Below are positions 18,810 to 29,003 of a stretch of DNA of 64,000 nt, in pieces. Made by a program: the position numbers and the translations under genes. Source of the DNA: a virus. The stretch lies in the IMG/VR virus record IMGVR_UViG_3300031344_000086, positions 4,671-68,670 of that record. One strand, given 5' to 3'. A model generated the notes under the pieces. The model saw only the letters and a list, made by a program, of their open reading frames with translations. It was not told the DNA's origin and searched no databases. Within the stretch, counting starts at the first letter, position 1. Every line of letters begins with the position of its first letter.

Positions 18810-19445
18810 ATGAAAGATGTAAAGGCAAAGGATGCATCAGATTATGAGTTAATATTTATGTCGTTTCATGAGTCTTCACATACAATCGTTGCTCTTCATA
18901 ATTTTTTTCAAGTATATTATGTAAATGTTAAAAACGGTGAAATAAAAGATGGAAGCGCGTTATGGTATACGTCATTCGGAATGAATGACACAGAATTAAA
19001 AAGAGCTATTCTATTATTAGAACTGCAAGCAGAATATGCTGGTTTGCTTGGTGAAAGGATAATCCATAAGGATTTAACTGGTTCACAGAAACTTCCAATG
19101 AATTTACGTGTTGGAACATCTCATGATATTAAACTTGCCTCAGATACTATTAGGTATAATAATTTAGCTGCATCCGGAAAAGACACAGCTAATTTTAAAA
19201 AAAATATTCAAAAAAAGACGGAAAAGATTTTATTAGAATATTGGGATGACGTAAAATTATTAGCTCATACGTTGTATGATAAAAGAGTTATTGAATATCA
19301 GGAACTTAAATTACTTCTGATTAGAAAATCCAAGAATAAAAAGTTTTGGAAAGATAGATTTTCTAAAATTGAACGCATATATGTATATGAAGGAGATAAT
19401 CATCCGCAAGATGATGTTATTAAAAAAATTATATTAAATAAATAA
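18810..19445 (+). CDS. stand-alone M41 (FtsH-type) metallopeptidase domain protein
   Basis: FHESSH (HExxH), AGLLGERI, GTSHDIKLA, and C-terminal LAHTLYDKRVI resembling the FtsH protease domain; no AAA or TM region. Confidence 0.7.
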   Translation: MKDVKAKDASDYELIFMSFHESSHTIVALHNFFQVYYVNVKNGEIKDGSALWYTSFGMNDTELKRAILLLELQAEYAGLLGERIIHKDLTGSQKLPMNLRVGTSHDIKLASDTIRYNNLAASGKDTANFKKNIQKKTEKILLEYWDDVKLLAHTLYDKRVIEYQELKLLLIRKSKNKKFWKDRFSKIERIYVYEGDNHPQDDVIKKIILNK

Positions 19446-19528
19446 ACGCACAAATACATGCTTCTACGTGTTAGAAGCACAGTCCCTTCGTAGGCAGTTA
19501 TTAGTGCTAAAACCAAAAAGGAAAAAGT

Positions 19529-22500
19529 ATGAGTCAGTTTGTATCGCTTCATAATTATAGTCATTTTTCATTACTTCAATCATTGATATCTCCAAAAGAT
19601 TTATTTATACGGGCAAAAGAGCTGGGTCAATCAGCAGTAGCAATAAACGATACAGGGTCGTTAGCAGCAAGCTGGGACGCGCTAAAAGCATCAAGAGAAA
19701 CCGGTGTAAAACTAATAATTGGATGTGAGTTTTATTTTCGTGATTCAAATAAGAATGATGAACAAAGACCAAGATTTATTGTCCTAATAGCTAAAAATTA
19801 TATTGGATATCAGAATCTACTTCATTTAAATAAAGAGGGTTTTGATAACCCGGTAGTAATTACAAAAAAGGTTTTTCCAGTTTTAGATTGGAATCTTTTA
19901 CAAAAATACTCAGATGGTATAATATGTCTTACAGGATGTGCTAATGGCATTGTAGGGCAATTAATTAATAATAAGAACTTCGATGAAGCAGAGGATACAT
20001 TAAAAAAATTAGTTGGTATTTATGGTGATAATCTCGGCGTTGAAGTTCAAACGCATAATTTAGTTCGTCAGGCAAATAATTTTACAGTTGGTATAAATCA
20101 ACAATTCACAAACGCACATGCCATAAGGCTTGCAGAAAAATTGAATTTAAAAGTTGTTCCAACAAACTCAGCAAGGTATATAAAACGAGAGCAGGCTAAA
20201 ATTGAAGATGCATTGCTTGCAATAGGTTCAATGCAGCCAACATATTCTAATGCAAGGATAAAGTTTGATACAAATGATATGTATCTAAAATCTTATGATG
20301 AGGTAAAATCTTTCTTTTCAAGAAATTATAGTGATGAGTTTGCTGATAAAATATGTGAAAATACAATCTATTTTTCTAATTTATGTGAGAAATCCGATTG
20401 GATTGAACCAAAGTTTTCTAATCCCGGAGGTAAAGAACTTCCGGTTTTCCCAGTAAGAGATGAAAAAGACTATCCTGAGTTTTGTGAATGGATGCAAAAA
20501 CAATCCAGTGAAAGAAAAGCGTTAGATGAAGATAAAAACTTCCTTAGATTTAGATGTGAAAATGAGCTAAAAAGAACAGGATTAAAATATAAAGACGAAT
20601 ATATGAAACGGTTTGAGGAAGAATTGGATGTTTTATATTATTGTGGAACTAGTTCATATATGTTAATTACAGCAGATTTTATGAATTGGGCAAGAAATAA
20701 TAATATACCGGTTGGGCCAGGAAGAGGTTCAGCGGGAGGTTCATTAGTAGCATACCTTCTCGGTATTCATATGGCTGATCCAATAAAATATAAGCTTGTA
20801 TTCGAAAGATTCTTCAGTAAGAAACGAACCTCATTCGCAGATATTGATAATGATATCTCAAAAGAAAAACGAGATTTAGTAATAAATTATATTATAGATA
20901 AGTATGGAAAAGATAAGTTTGCTCAGGTAAATAATTTTATTTATATAACACCAAAGGTATATGTAAAAGATTTATGCAGATCATTAGAATTAGGTGGAGA
21001 TCGTAAGGCTGCGGTTAAACTCGGAGCAGATATATCTGCTATTATTCCTGATAAGATTGATAATGTTCCAATAAGATATTGGAAAGACGCTATAAAACAT
21101 GCACCGGTTCTTTCTGAATATATTAAAAAATATTCTCAAATAGATGAATATAAAACTATATGTGAAAAACCTCGAGCTAACGGGGTTCATGCTTCTGGCA
21201 TAGTTATATCAAATAGACCGATATCACAAGTTATTCCAACGAGAATAGATAAAGATGGCACGATATCAATTCAATTAGATAAAGATAGAGCAGAAGAAGC
21301 AGGCATAGTAAAAATAGATATTCTTGGTCTAGAAACATTAGATATTATAGAAAAAACTAACGATCTAATAAAACAAAGTGGAAAACAAGTTCCTAAAATA
21401 GATTACGAAGCATATGATAAAAAAACATATGATTTAATTACATCAGGTAATACATTCGGGGTGTTCCAATTCGGAACATCAGCTGGAACTATAGATTTAT
21501 GTAAAAAAATAAAACCAAAAAGTATAGATGATCTTGCGATCATAACTACGCTTGCTCGCCCCGCATCGAAAGAGATTAGAGAGGATTTTATTAAAGTAAG
21601 AGAAGGTAAAAATGAAAAAAAGTTATTGCATCCAAGTCTTGAAAATGCATTAAAACATACATATGGGTTTCCTCTATATGATGAAAGTTTGCTGATCCTT
21701 GCTAAGGATGTTGCCGGTTGGGAGCTTGATGAAGCAGATAAGTTGAGAAAATTAACAAAAGAAAAAGGTAAAAACCCAGAAAAGGCGGAAAAGTGGAGAC
21801 AAGAGTTTATTGCCGGCGCCGGAAAGAACAAAATACCAAATAAGATTGCTATAAAAATATGGCATGAAATTATTGAACCGTTTGGTAAATATAGTTTTAA
21901 TTGTTCTCACGCGGTTCTGTATTCAATGATATCTTTTCACACAGCATATCTAAAAGCACATTTTCCAACAGAGTTCCTTCTTGCTAACTTAATGTATGAG
22001 GTTCGTTCTACAAATGCAAAGGTTGCAAAGAAAAATATAGAAAAGATAAAACAAGAGATTAGAAAGTCTGGTATTAGAATAGATAAGCCAGATATAAATA
22101 AATCCAATATTACATATCAGATACAAAAGGACGGATCGTTATTGACTGGTTTTGAAGCATTAAAAAATGTTGGTGATGATGCCATAAAAGATATTATGGT
22201 GAAGCGACCGTTCATAAGTTTTGATGATTTTATGCTTAGATCAGATTTTTCTAAAATGAGATCTAATACTATTCAGGCGTTAGCAGTTAGTGGTTGTTTA
22301 GATAGTTTTGGTATACCTAGACATTTAGTATTTTTATATTGTCAAGATTATAAAAAGAAACTGCAAGTCTGGCTAAAAAAACACGATCCTAAAATAGAGC
22401 ATTTTGAATATTCTTGGCCTGTAGAAAAAGACTGGTCGTTGTCAGAACTATACGCACTTGAAGTTCAATGCATGGGCGAAGCATTCATATGCGGTAAAGA

Positions 22501-23047
22501 TAAGGCATACATTGGATTTTTTGATGGAAAATCAACAAAAGCAAATGAAATCAAGAAATTAGAGAATAAAACAAAAGTTGGATCAGTAAAAGCAGAAGTT
22601 AAAGATATTTTTATGTTAAAAGTAAAAAAAGAGGGATCCAAATATTTAGGTCAGGATATGGCTAAGATTACAGTTGAAGATGAAACCGGAGAACAATTAA
22701 GTCTTACAATATTCCCCGATGGCTGGAAAGAGGTAAAAGATCGTATGCGATATCTTAGTGGTGGTAGATATAAGTTTGAGGAAGGAATTGCAATACATTT
22801 TTCAGGTTCAGTGAATTATTATGGAGATGAAATTGGTATTGTGTTAGAAAATCTTCATGAATATTGCGCCCCGCCAATAGCGCCTAAAAATCTAAAAGCA
22901 AAAAAAGTTGTCAAAAAAGTTTTGAAGACCGATATAGTAGATAAAAAAGAAGATGTGAATGATGTTAATGATATGATAAGCGATCTTGAAGATGATTTAT
23001 ATTCAGACGGGTTAATTGATTTAGATGATGAAGAAAATGATAACTAA
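19529..23047 (+). CDS. dnaE: DNA polymerase III alpha subunit
   Basis: PHP domain (SLHNYSHFSLL), GPGRGSAGGSL, catalytic FADIDND, KIDILGL, YSFNCSHA, C-terminal OB fold. Confidence 0.96.
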   Translation: MSQFVSLHNYSHFSLLQSLISPKDLFIRAKELGQSAVAINDTGSLAASWDALKASRETGVKLIIGCEFYFRDSNKNDEQRPRFIVLIAKNYIGYQNLLHLNKEGFDNPVVITKKVFPVLDWNLLQKYSDGIICLTGCANGIVGQLINNKNFDEAEDTLKKLVGIYGDNLGVEVQTHNLVRQANNFTVGINQQFTNAHAIRLAEKLNLKVVPTNSARYIKREQAKIEDALLAIGSMQPTYSNARIKFDTNDMYLKSYDEVKSFFSRNYSDEFADKICENTIYFSNLCEKSDWIEPKFSNPGGKELPVFPVRDEKDYPEFCEWMQKQSSERKALDEDKNFLRFRCENELKRTGLKYKDEYMKRFEEELDVLYYCGTSSYMLITADFMNWARNNNIPVGPGRGSAGGSLVAYLLGIHMADPIKYKLVFERFFSKKRTSFADIDNDISKEKRDLVINYIIDKYGKDKFAQVNNFIYITPKVYVKDLCRSLELGGDRKAAVKLGADISAIIPDKIDNVPIRYWKDAIKHAPVLSEYIKKYSQIDEYKTICEKPRANGVHASGIVISNRPISQVIPTRIDKDGTISIQLDKDRAEEAGIVKIDILGLETLDIIEKTNDLIKQSGKQVPKIDYEAYDKKTYDLITSGNTFGVFQFGTSAGTIDLCKKIKPKSIDDLAIITTLARPASKEIREDFIKVREGKNEKKLLHPSLENALKHTYGFPLYDESLLILAKDVAGWELDEADKLRKLTKEKGKNPEKAEKWRQEFIAGAGKNKIPNKIAIKIWHEIIEPFGKYSFNCSHAVLYSMISFHTAYLKAHFPTEFLLANLMYEVRSTNAKVAKKNIEKIKQEIRKSGIRIDKPDINKSNITYQIQKDGSLLTGFEALKNVGDDAIKDIMVKRPFISFDDFMLRSDFSKMRSNTIQALAVSGCLDSFGIPRHLVFLYCQDYKKKLQVWLKKHDPKIEHFEYSWPVEKDWSLSELYALEVQCMGEAFICGKDKAYIGFFDGKSTKANEIKKLENKTKVGSVKAEVKDIFMLKVKKEGSKYLGQDMAKITVEDETGEQLSLTIFPDGWKEVKDRMRYLSGGRYKFEEGIAIHFSGSVNYYGDEIGIVLENLHEYCAPPIAPKNLKAKKVVKKVLKTDIVDKKEDVNDVNDMISDLEDDLYSDGLIDLDDEENDN

Positions 23048-23056
23048 AAGGATACA

Positions 23057-24094
23057 ATGATTAAGTTTATAAAAAATGTAGTTAGTGTTGTAAAAAGTTT
23101 TATTAATGATGATTTAGATGATGATTTTATTTTTGATGAGTCATCACGGCGTAAAGGTCTACAGGTAAAAACAACGCAACATACACCAGCAATGGTGTCA
23201 GAATTAGAAGATTGTATTAGTGATAATCCTGATTGTATTATTGGAAATAAAGCATCTTTTTATAGACAGCCAGCCGAAGAATTAAACGTATCTGACGATG
23301 ATGTAGTTAATGTATCTGAAAAGTTTCAGGAAAAAATTACAGATAATACTAATGAAATTAAAAATCAATTAGGTGATATTGATTTAAGTTTAAATAAAAT
23401 CAAAGATGCTATAAAATCCGGCAAAATAGATTTTTCCAAAGTAAATTACGATCCCAATGAAACAGCCCAGTCAATGAATAGTCTAATTGATACCTCTAAA
23501 GACTTAGAGCAAAATGATTTTACTGAAATAAAAAGTATTGTATCTGATTTAAGTGAAAAACTTACCCAATATAATAAGTGGTTGCTTGAATTAAATGATA
23601 AAATATCTAATTATGAAAATAGAGAAGTTTTACAGGCAGTGTCAGCCAGAGCAGATAACGGTGGGTATGGCATCGATCTTCCATTAGATGTTCTTGAAAA
23701 CGTTGATGATGAAGAGTTTTTTAAGAATAAAGATATTCCTGAAGTTCTTTTGGCAAATGCAAAAATCAATAAACTTATTACAGATGAAGATCTGTATAAA
23801 GCATTTGATATAGTTAAAAACTATGATTTTGGGCAAGTAATGGTAAAGGAACCATCAAATTTTGTAGTTAGAGAATTAGAAACAATTCTAGGAGATGAAA
23901 AGATAAGTGAATTAGCAAATAAACAAAAACAAGAAGACACATTAGCAAGGTTTAAAATAAAACACAAACAATCAACACTAACACCAAATACTAGTAAACT
24001 TAAACTATTAAATAAACAAAAATCAAAAACTACCAAAACCAAATCACCAAAGAAAACTAAGAAAGCCAGTAAATCAAAATCTAAGAAAGTATAA
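23057..24094 (+). CDS. hypothetical acidic protein with Lys-rich C-tail
   Basis: 345-aa ORF; tail KSKTTKTKSPKKTKKASKSKSKKV. Confidence 0.7.
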   Translation: MIKFIKNVVSVVKSFINDDLDDDFIFDESSRRKGLQVKTTQHTPAMVSELEDCISDNPDCIIGNKASFYRQPAEELNVSDDDVVNVSEKFQEKITDNTNEIKNQLGDIDLSLNKIKDAIKSGKIDFSKVNYDPNETAQSMNSLIDTSKDLEQNDFTEIKSIVSDLSEKLTQYNKWLLELNDKISNYENREVLQAVSARADNGGYGIDLPLDVLENVDDEEFFKNKDIPEVLLANAKINKLITDEDLYKAFDIVKNYDFGQVMVKEPSNFVVRELETILGDEKISELANKQKQEDTLARFKIKHKQSTLTPNTSKLKLLNKQKSKTTKTKSPKKTKKASKSKSKKV

Positions 24095-24096
24095 CA

Positions 24097-24696
24097 ATGA
24101 AATGTAATTCTTGTAGTGAAGATGTTCCAGCTAAGTTTGCTCATGCAATATCAATCAATTCTTGTCCATTGTGCGGAAACGCAATAGTTGATCCAGAAGT
24201 AAAACTCATTATAAATGATCTGGAAACCGTTCTCAATAAAGCAAAAGATCATATGGAACAGATCGAAGATTGGCTTATGACTAATTTTCAATTACATAAG
24301 GTAAAAGAAAATGAAATTGTAATTAATAAGGACGAACTTCCTGCAACGGTTAGAGACGAAGAGCGGCAGGGTAGAGGCAAAGGTGTAAATGTTCGCAGGG
24401 CTGGTGAAGATGGTAATGATGAAGACGGTGTTGGCTCAAATAAATTGAGCCCAAAACGAGCAATTGATATAATCAAGGGTCGTACTGGTTCTGGTCTTGC
24501 CGATCCGAAAGAATTCGTAGGAACTGATGATGAAGGAAATAAAATAGATCTCGCATCAGAAGCCGGTGAAGGGTTAGATAGAAGTGAAGTAAATCAAATG
24601 GCAAATCTTTTTGGCGACGGTATGCATGTTGATCCAAAAGAAAGCGCTAGACATGATGCTCACATACAAAAATTAAAAAGTCTTCGAAGAGGATAA
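24097..24696 (+). CDS. hypothetical protein with N-terminal zinc ribbon
   Basis: CNSC...CPLCG. Confidence 0.65.
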   Translation: MKCNSCSEDVPAKFAHAISINSCPLCGNAIVDPEVKLIINDLETVLNKAKDHMEQIEDWLMTNFQLHKVKENEIVINKDELPATVRDEERQGRGKGVNVRRAGEDGNDEDGVGSNKLSPKRAIDIIKGRTGSGLADPKEFVGTDDEGNKIDLASEAGEGLDRSEVNQMANLFGDGMHVDPKESARHDAHIQKLKSLRRG

Positions 24697-25032
24697 ATGC
24701 AAAAACGAGTAATTGCAAATCAAATGGTTCTTTTAACAGATGATGAGTATCAAATGTATAAAGATATTTGTGCTTCATATGATCGTCCGCCTTCAATGAA
24801 GGGATCAGACTTGTTTCAGGATCTTATTGTTTCAGATAATAATGGATATATAACATATATTAAGCCACCGTCAACTAGACAGACTTCAATGGAAGTATTT
24901 TTATTTATATGTTCTATAATGCAAAATCAACAGTTAAGGCTCATGCAGAAACAAGTTGATGATCTATGCGCTAATATTAAATTACAAGCCGACAAATTAT
25001 TCGAAGAAATAAAGTCAGACCTTAAAAAATAA
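24697..25032 (+). CDS. hypothetical protein
   Basis: Operon-coupled 111-aa ORF. Confidence 0.65.
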   Translation: MQKRVIANQMVLLTDDEYQMYKDICASYDRPPSMKGSDLFQDLIVSDNNGYITYIKPPSTRQTSMEVFLFICSIMQNQQLRLMQKQVDDLCANIKLQADKLFEEIKSDLKK

Positions 25033-25083
25033 ATTAAAAATAAAGTTGTTGCGGATAAATCTGACAGTAAGTAAATTAGGAAG

Positions 25084-25581
25084 ATGAAAGAAAAAATCAC
25101 ACTTGGTCAAGTCATAGGTGAAAGCTTCGATGACAACTTCTCTGACTTCGATCTTACAGAAATACAACATGTGCTATCGGTTTTAGCATCAGAGAATGCT
25201 ATCGATATAGCACACGCCGAATTTTTACAACAAAAAACATTATATGGAGCCGATATATTAATCGGTTATATCGCAAAGTTAGTCAAAACAGTTTCATTTT
25301 TGGAGACGAAAGCCAATTCAATAAAGAATAAAGTAGCACTTGAATATAAAGCAGCAGATGGGAAAACTACTGCTGATATGAAAAAGCAAGCTGGCGAGTC
25401 ATCGGAAGACGTTGAAAAATTAAATATTTTGCTTGCAAAAGCAAAAGGAAGTAAAACATTTTTAGAGAGAAAGTATGAAATACTGATCAAGGCTCATCAT
25501 TATTATAAAGACGTTGGGATTGGTATGCGTAAAGGAATAGTTTCGTCATCGAATAATAATGATATGATAGGATGGAAATAA
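25084..25581 (+). CDS. helical protein, possible UvsY-like recombination mediator
   Basis: All-helical 165 aa immediately upstream of recA; the function is inferred from position and composition only. Confidence 0.4.
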   Translation: MKEKITLGQVIGESFDDNFSDFDLTEIQHVLSVLASENAIDIAHAEFLQQKTLYGADILIGYIAKLVKTVSFLETKANSIKNKVALEYKAADGKTTADMKKQAGESSEDVEKLNILLAKAKGSKTFLERKYEILIKAHHYYKDVGIGMRKGIVSSSNNNDMIGWK

Positions 25582-25595
25582 TAAAAAGGAATAAA

Positions 25596-26738
25596 ATGGA
25601 TAATAAATTAGAATCATTTTTTAAATCATTTGCGGAAGCAGATGAAGAGTTAGATTTTAGATTTGCAGATCAATTTGGGTCTAAGGTTCCAGTTGTAAAA
25701 ACTGGAAGTCCCGGTCTTGATGATGCATTGTCGTCTGGTGGTCTTCCATTTGGAAGAATAATTCAATTATACGGGCCACCACACAGTGGTAAAACATTAA
25801 TGTCTATGCTTGCAATTTTAGAAGCTCAAAAGTTAAATACAGAATCTAAGCAATTATTTATAGATGCCGAAGGAACATTTAGCTCTATATGGGCTCAAAC
25901 ACTTGGAATAGATATATCGCGTGTTCTAATTGTGGATGGGGATTCCGCAGTCAATGGTCGAAGACTATTTGAAACATTACTAGGGACTCCAAAAGAGGAT
26001 AGCAAGCATATTTTAGTTGGTAAATCAAAAGAAGGATTTTTAGATAAGGTTGCGGATAAAACATTCGATTTTAACTTGGTTGTATTGGATTCGCTTGGAG
26101 CAATTATACCACCGGGTGAAGATGTTTCAGCAGTTGGTAAAATGAATATGTCATTGCTTGCCAGGTTTCTTTCAACAACAATGAAAAAACTATCGTTAGA
26201 AGTTAAAAAGGCTAATCTTCCTTTTATAATTATTAATCACAAAAGAGATGGAATGGATCCGTATGGACCAGACCATACGTTCTCTGGTGGTAATACATAC
26301 GGACATTTTCTATCTTGTAATGTGTATTTTGAAGCGATACAAAGAAAAGATGCCCAAATTTTAAATGAAAAAGATCAAAAAATTGGACACATGATAAGAG
26401 CAAAAGTTGAAAAAAGCAAGTTTGGAATTACACCAAGACAATGCGAATTCAAAGTGGATTTTTCTAAGGGTGTAGTAGATAAGCATGAAGAAATTGCTAA
26501 ACTTGCATTAGATTACAATGTTGTTGAGAAGCCTACATCAGTATCACATCAATATGGAGATTATAAATGGGTAGGTTTTCCAAAGTTTTGTGAAGCTCTT
26601 TTAGAAAATCCTGCGCTATGTCAAGAAATATCAGATAAGATTGAAATAGCAAGAGATTCAAAATTCAATAGAAAACCAGATTCAGCAAATGTTGTCGAAA
26701 TGAAAACAGAAAAAAAATCAAAGAAAGTAGCGGTCTAA
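25596..26738 (+). CDS. recA: RecA/UvsX recombinase
   Basis: TGSPGLDDALSSGGLPFGRIIQLYGPPHSGKT, FIDAE, VVLDSLGA, KVEKSK. Confidence 0.93.
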   Translation: MDNKLESFFKSFAEADEELDFRFADQFGSKVPVVKTGSPGLDDALSSGGLPFGRIIQLYGPPHSGKTLMSMLAILEAQKLNTESKQLFIDAEGTFSSIWAQTLGIDISRVLIVDGDSAVNGRRLFETLLGTPKEDSKHILVGKSKEGFLDKVADKTFDFNLVVLDSLGAIIPPGEDVSAVGKMNMSLLARFLSTTMKKLSLEVKKANLPFIIINHKRDGMDPYGPDHTFSGGNTYGHFLSCNVYFEAIQRKDAQILNEKDQKIGHMIRAKVEKSKFGITPRQCEFKVDFSKGVVDKHEEIAKLALDYNVVEKPTSVSHQYGDYKWVGFPKFCEALLENPALCQEISDKIEIARDSKFNRKPDSANVVEMKTEKKSKKVAV

Positions 26739-26739
26739 C

Positions 26740-27066
26740 ATGCCAGATGATGTAGTGATTCAACCAGCAAAACTTCTGGAAAACTTCAAGCTTCCAGCAC
26801 GAACAACACCAACATACTTGGTTATAATAAATACTGGTAAAGCAAAAGAAGTAGACTCATATTTTATAGCAGTAAAGCGTGATGATAACTCGTCTAGTTC
26901 TGCTAAGTTCGTTGGATTTTTTTCCAATAAACCAGAAAAAGATATTAGGTCGTCATACGATCAAATAATAAAAGAAACAGATACGGCAGAATTTATAGAA
27001 ATAGAGTTTCCTTGGGCTAAAATATGTAGTATTCAAAGCCTAATTTATAGACATAAAACCAAATAA
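26740..27066 (+). CDS. hypothetical protein
   Basis: 108-aa operon-coupled ORF. Confidence 0.65.
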   Translation: MPDDVVIQPAKLLENFKLPARTTPTYLVIINTGKAKEVDSYFIAVKRDDNSSSSAKFVGFFSNKPEKDIRSSYDQIIKETDTAEFIEIEFPWAKICSIQSLIYRHKTK

Positions 27067-27127
27067 AAACTTACCTTAATAAACAATCAAATAAACAAAA
27101 ACAGAAAACAAAACAGGAGAAATCAAA

Positions 27128-27442
27128 ATGAGCAAGACATCAAAAACAACACGAACAGTTCGTAAATCAAGCACCATAACACGACCAAACGTTGATCGTA
27201 CAATAGTTCAAAGCATAAAAGAACAAGTAATCAGTCTTCTTGATACAGCTAAGAACGGTCAATGGGTAGGAACAATGACAGACCTAAGCGGCAAAATCCG
27301 CACCGGTATTCGTTCACCAAGCTATCTTCGTCGTGTTCTAAACGTTGCGGTTCCATCAATTCGCAACGCAGGCGTTAGCGTTAAATTCGGTCGCACAACC
27401 GATCATTCACGTACACGTTATGTTCGTTTTATTCAGGGTTAA
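27128..27442 (+). CDS. small basic, probably nucleic-acid-binding protein
   Basis: Arg/Lys/Thr-rich; AGGAG RBS after an A-rich leader. Confidence 0.6.
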   Translation: MSKTSKTTRTVRKSSTITRPNVDRTIVQSIKEQVISLLDTAKNGQWVGTMTDLSGKIRTGIRSPSYLRRVLNVAVPSIRNAGVSVKFGRTTDHSRTRYVRFIQG

Positions 27443-27558
27443 ATCTGGTAATAAATTAACATATTAATAGAGAAAATAGTTCCTCCAAAAGAGGCTATAT
27501 TCGGTAAAAACAAACAGTAAATCTAATAGTTAGATTAAATAGATAAAAGGAAAATAAA

Positions 27559-28251
27559 ATGGCAACAGCAAATAATAATGGTGAAGTAACTTGGTCAGAC
27601 ACAGTACTATTCGATCCAAATAAAGGCAACGTAAAGAAGGACGAATGGCTACGATTAAAAGAAGGTTCTAATGTAGTTAGAATACTTACTCTTCCGCATC
27701 AGTATGCACAACATACTTATAATATTGAAGGCGGTAGAAAGTATGGCTATCGTGTTAATTGTTCAAAAACAAAAGAAACAGGATGTCCATTATGCGAACA
27801 AGGAGACAATGCTAAACGACGTTGGCTACTTGGTGTTATTGATCGTGAAACTAATATGTATAAAATCCTCGATGTTAGTGCAGCTATATTTAAAGGAGTT
27901 AAAACTTTAAATGATGATGCTGATTGGGGTGATCCAATAGCATACGATGTTTCAATAATCAATACGCCTGCCGCAGGAGCACAAAGATATTCGGTTATTG
28001 GTAAACCTAAGAAACCACTATCTGCTTCTGATGTCGCTATTCAAGCAGAAAATGGAACAGAGGTACTGCTTCGTAGAACAGCAGCACCAACATATGAACA
28101 AGTTCAAGCTCGTCTTGCTAAAATAGCAGAAGAGGTTGGCGGGAATACTGGTGGATCTTCTAATTCATCAAATAATTCAGATGATAGCGAAGAAGATGAA
28201 AGTCAAGATAACTTCTTTCGTGATTACGATTCTAAGAAAAAATCAGCATAA
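27559..28251 (+). CDS. single-stranded DNA-binding protein (T4 gp32-like)
   Basis: LRLKEG..VVRIL, Zn ligands H..C...CPLC, VIDR...KIL, acidic C-tail. Confidence 0.75.
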   Translation: MATANNNGEVTWSDTVLFDPNKGNVKKDEWLRLKEGSNVVRILTLPHQYAQHTYNIEGGRKYGYRVNCSKTKETGCPLCEQGDNAKRRWLLGVIDRETNMYKILDVSAAIFKGVKTLNDDADWGDPIAYDVSIINTPAAGAQRYSVIGKPKKPLSASDVAIQAENGTEVLLRRTAAPTYEQVQARLAKIAEEVGGNTGGSSNSSNNSDDSEEDESQDNFFRDYDSKKKSA

Positions 28252-28275
28252 ATAAAATATAAATAAAAAAATGAT

Positions 28276-28310
28276 AAAGCCGAGAGATTAGCGTTTCTCG
28301 GCTTTTCTTT
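28276..28310 (+). terminator. Rho-independent terminator
   Basis: AAAGCCGAGA...TCTCGGCTTT followed by a T-rich run. Confidence 0.85.
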
Positions 28311-28343
28311 TATGTTTAATCAATGCGGCGATATATACTAATT

Positions 28344-29003
28344 ATGCAAACAATTCTTGGTATAGATTGTAGTACTAAAACGGTCGGGTATTCCATTATT
28401 GAAACAGATGATCGATTAAATAATCCTAAATTAGTTTTGTGCTCATTCATCAAACCACCCCAGAAGGGAAATCGTTTTCAGCGTATAGTTGAAGCTCAAA
28501 ATATGATTATTGATATACTAAATAAGTATAAACCAAACATTATAGGTATAGAAGAGATTATTCAGTTCATGAAAGGTCGCAGTGGTGCGAAGACAATTAT
28601 TGCGCTTGCGCGCATAAATACAAGTATAGGGCTCATTTGCTACAATTACCTTGGGCACTCACCAGCCATGTGCAACGTGATGGCGATTCGTCATGGAATT
28701 AAATTAGACGAGGTTCTTCCAAAAAAGGAACAAATCCCAGAGTTGATTGAAAAGATTTTAGGAATTAAGTTTCCATATGTAATGGACGGTAAAAAAATTG
28801 CCGAAGAAAGTTTTGATGCCGCCGACTCGTGTGCGGTTGCACTATATACAATCAAACATATTAAAGATTTAGAGGCAAAATTATTGAAGCCAATTAATAT
28901 GGCGCTTCCTAAAAAACGTCTATCAAAAATAAAAAAAGAACGAAAACTAATTCAGCAAGAATATAAGGAAATTATAGGATATGAATATTCAAGAAGCGTA
29001 TAA
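28344..29003 (+). CDS. RuvC-like Holliday junction resolvase
   Basis: ILGIDCSTKTVGYS, IGIEE, DAADSCAVA. Confidence 0.8.
   Translation: MQTILGIDCSTKTVGYSIIETDDRLNNPKLVLCSFIKPPQKGNRFQRIVEAQNMIIDILNKYKPNIIGIEEIIQFMKGRSGAKTIIALARINTSIGLICYNYLGHSPAMCNVMAIRHGIKLDEVLPKKEQIPELIEKILGIKFPYVMDGKKIAEESFDAADSCAVALYTIKHIKDLEAKLLKPINMALPKKRLSKIKKERKLIQQEYKEIIGYEYSRSV

Noticed and set aside
19529-26738. Inteins or introns in dnaE or recA
   Set aside because: Lengths and motif spacing are normal, with no intein block A or HN-[CST] junctions.
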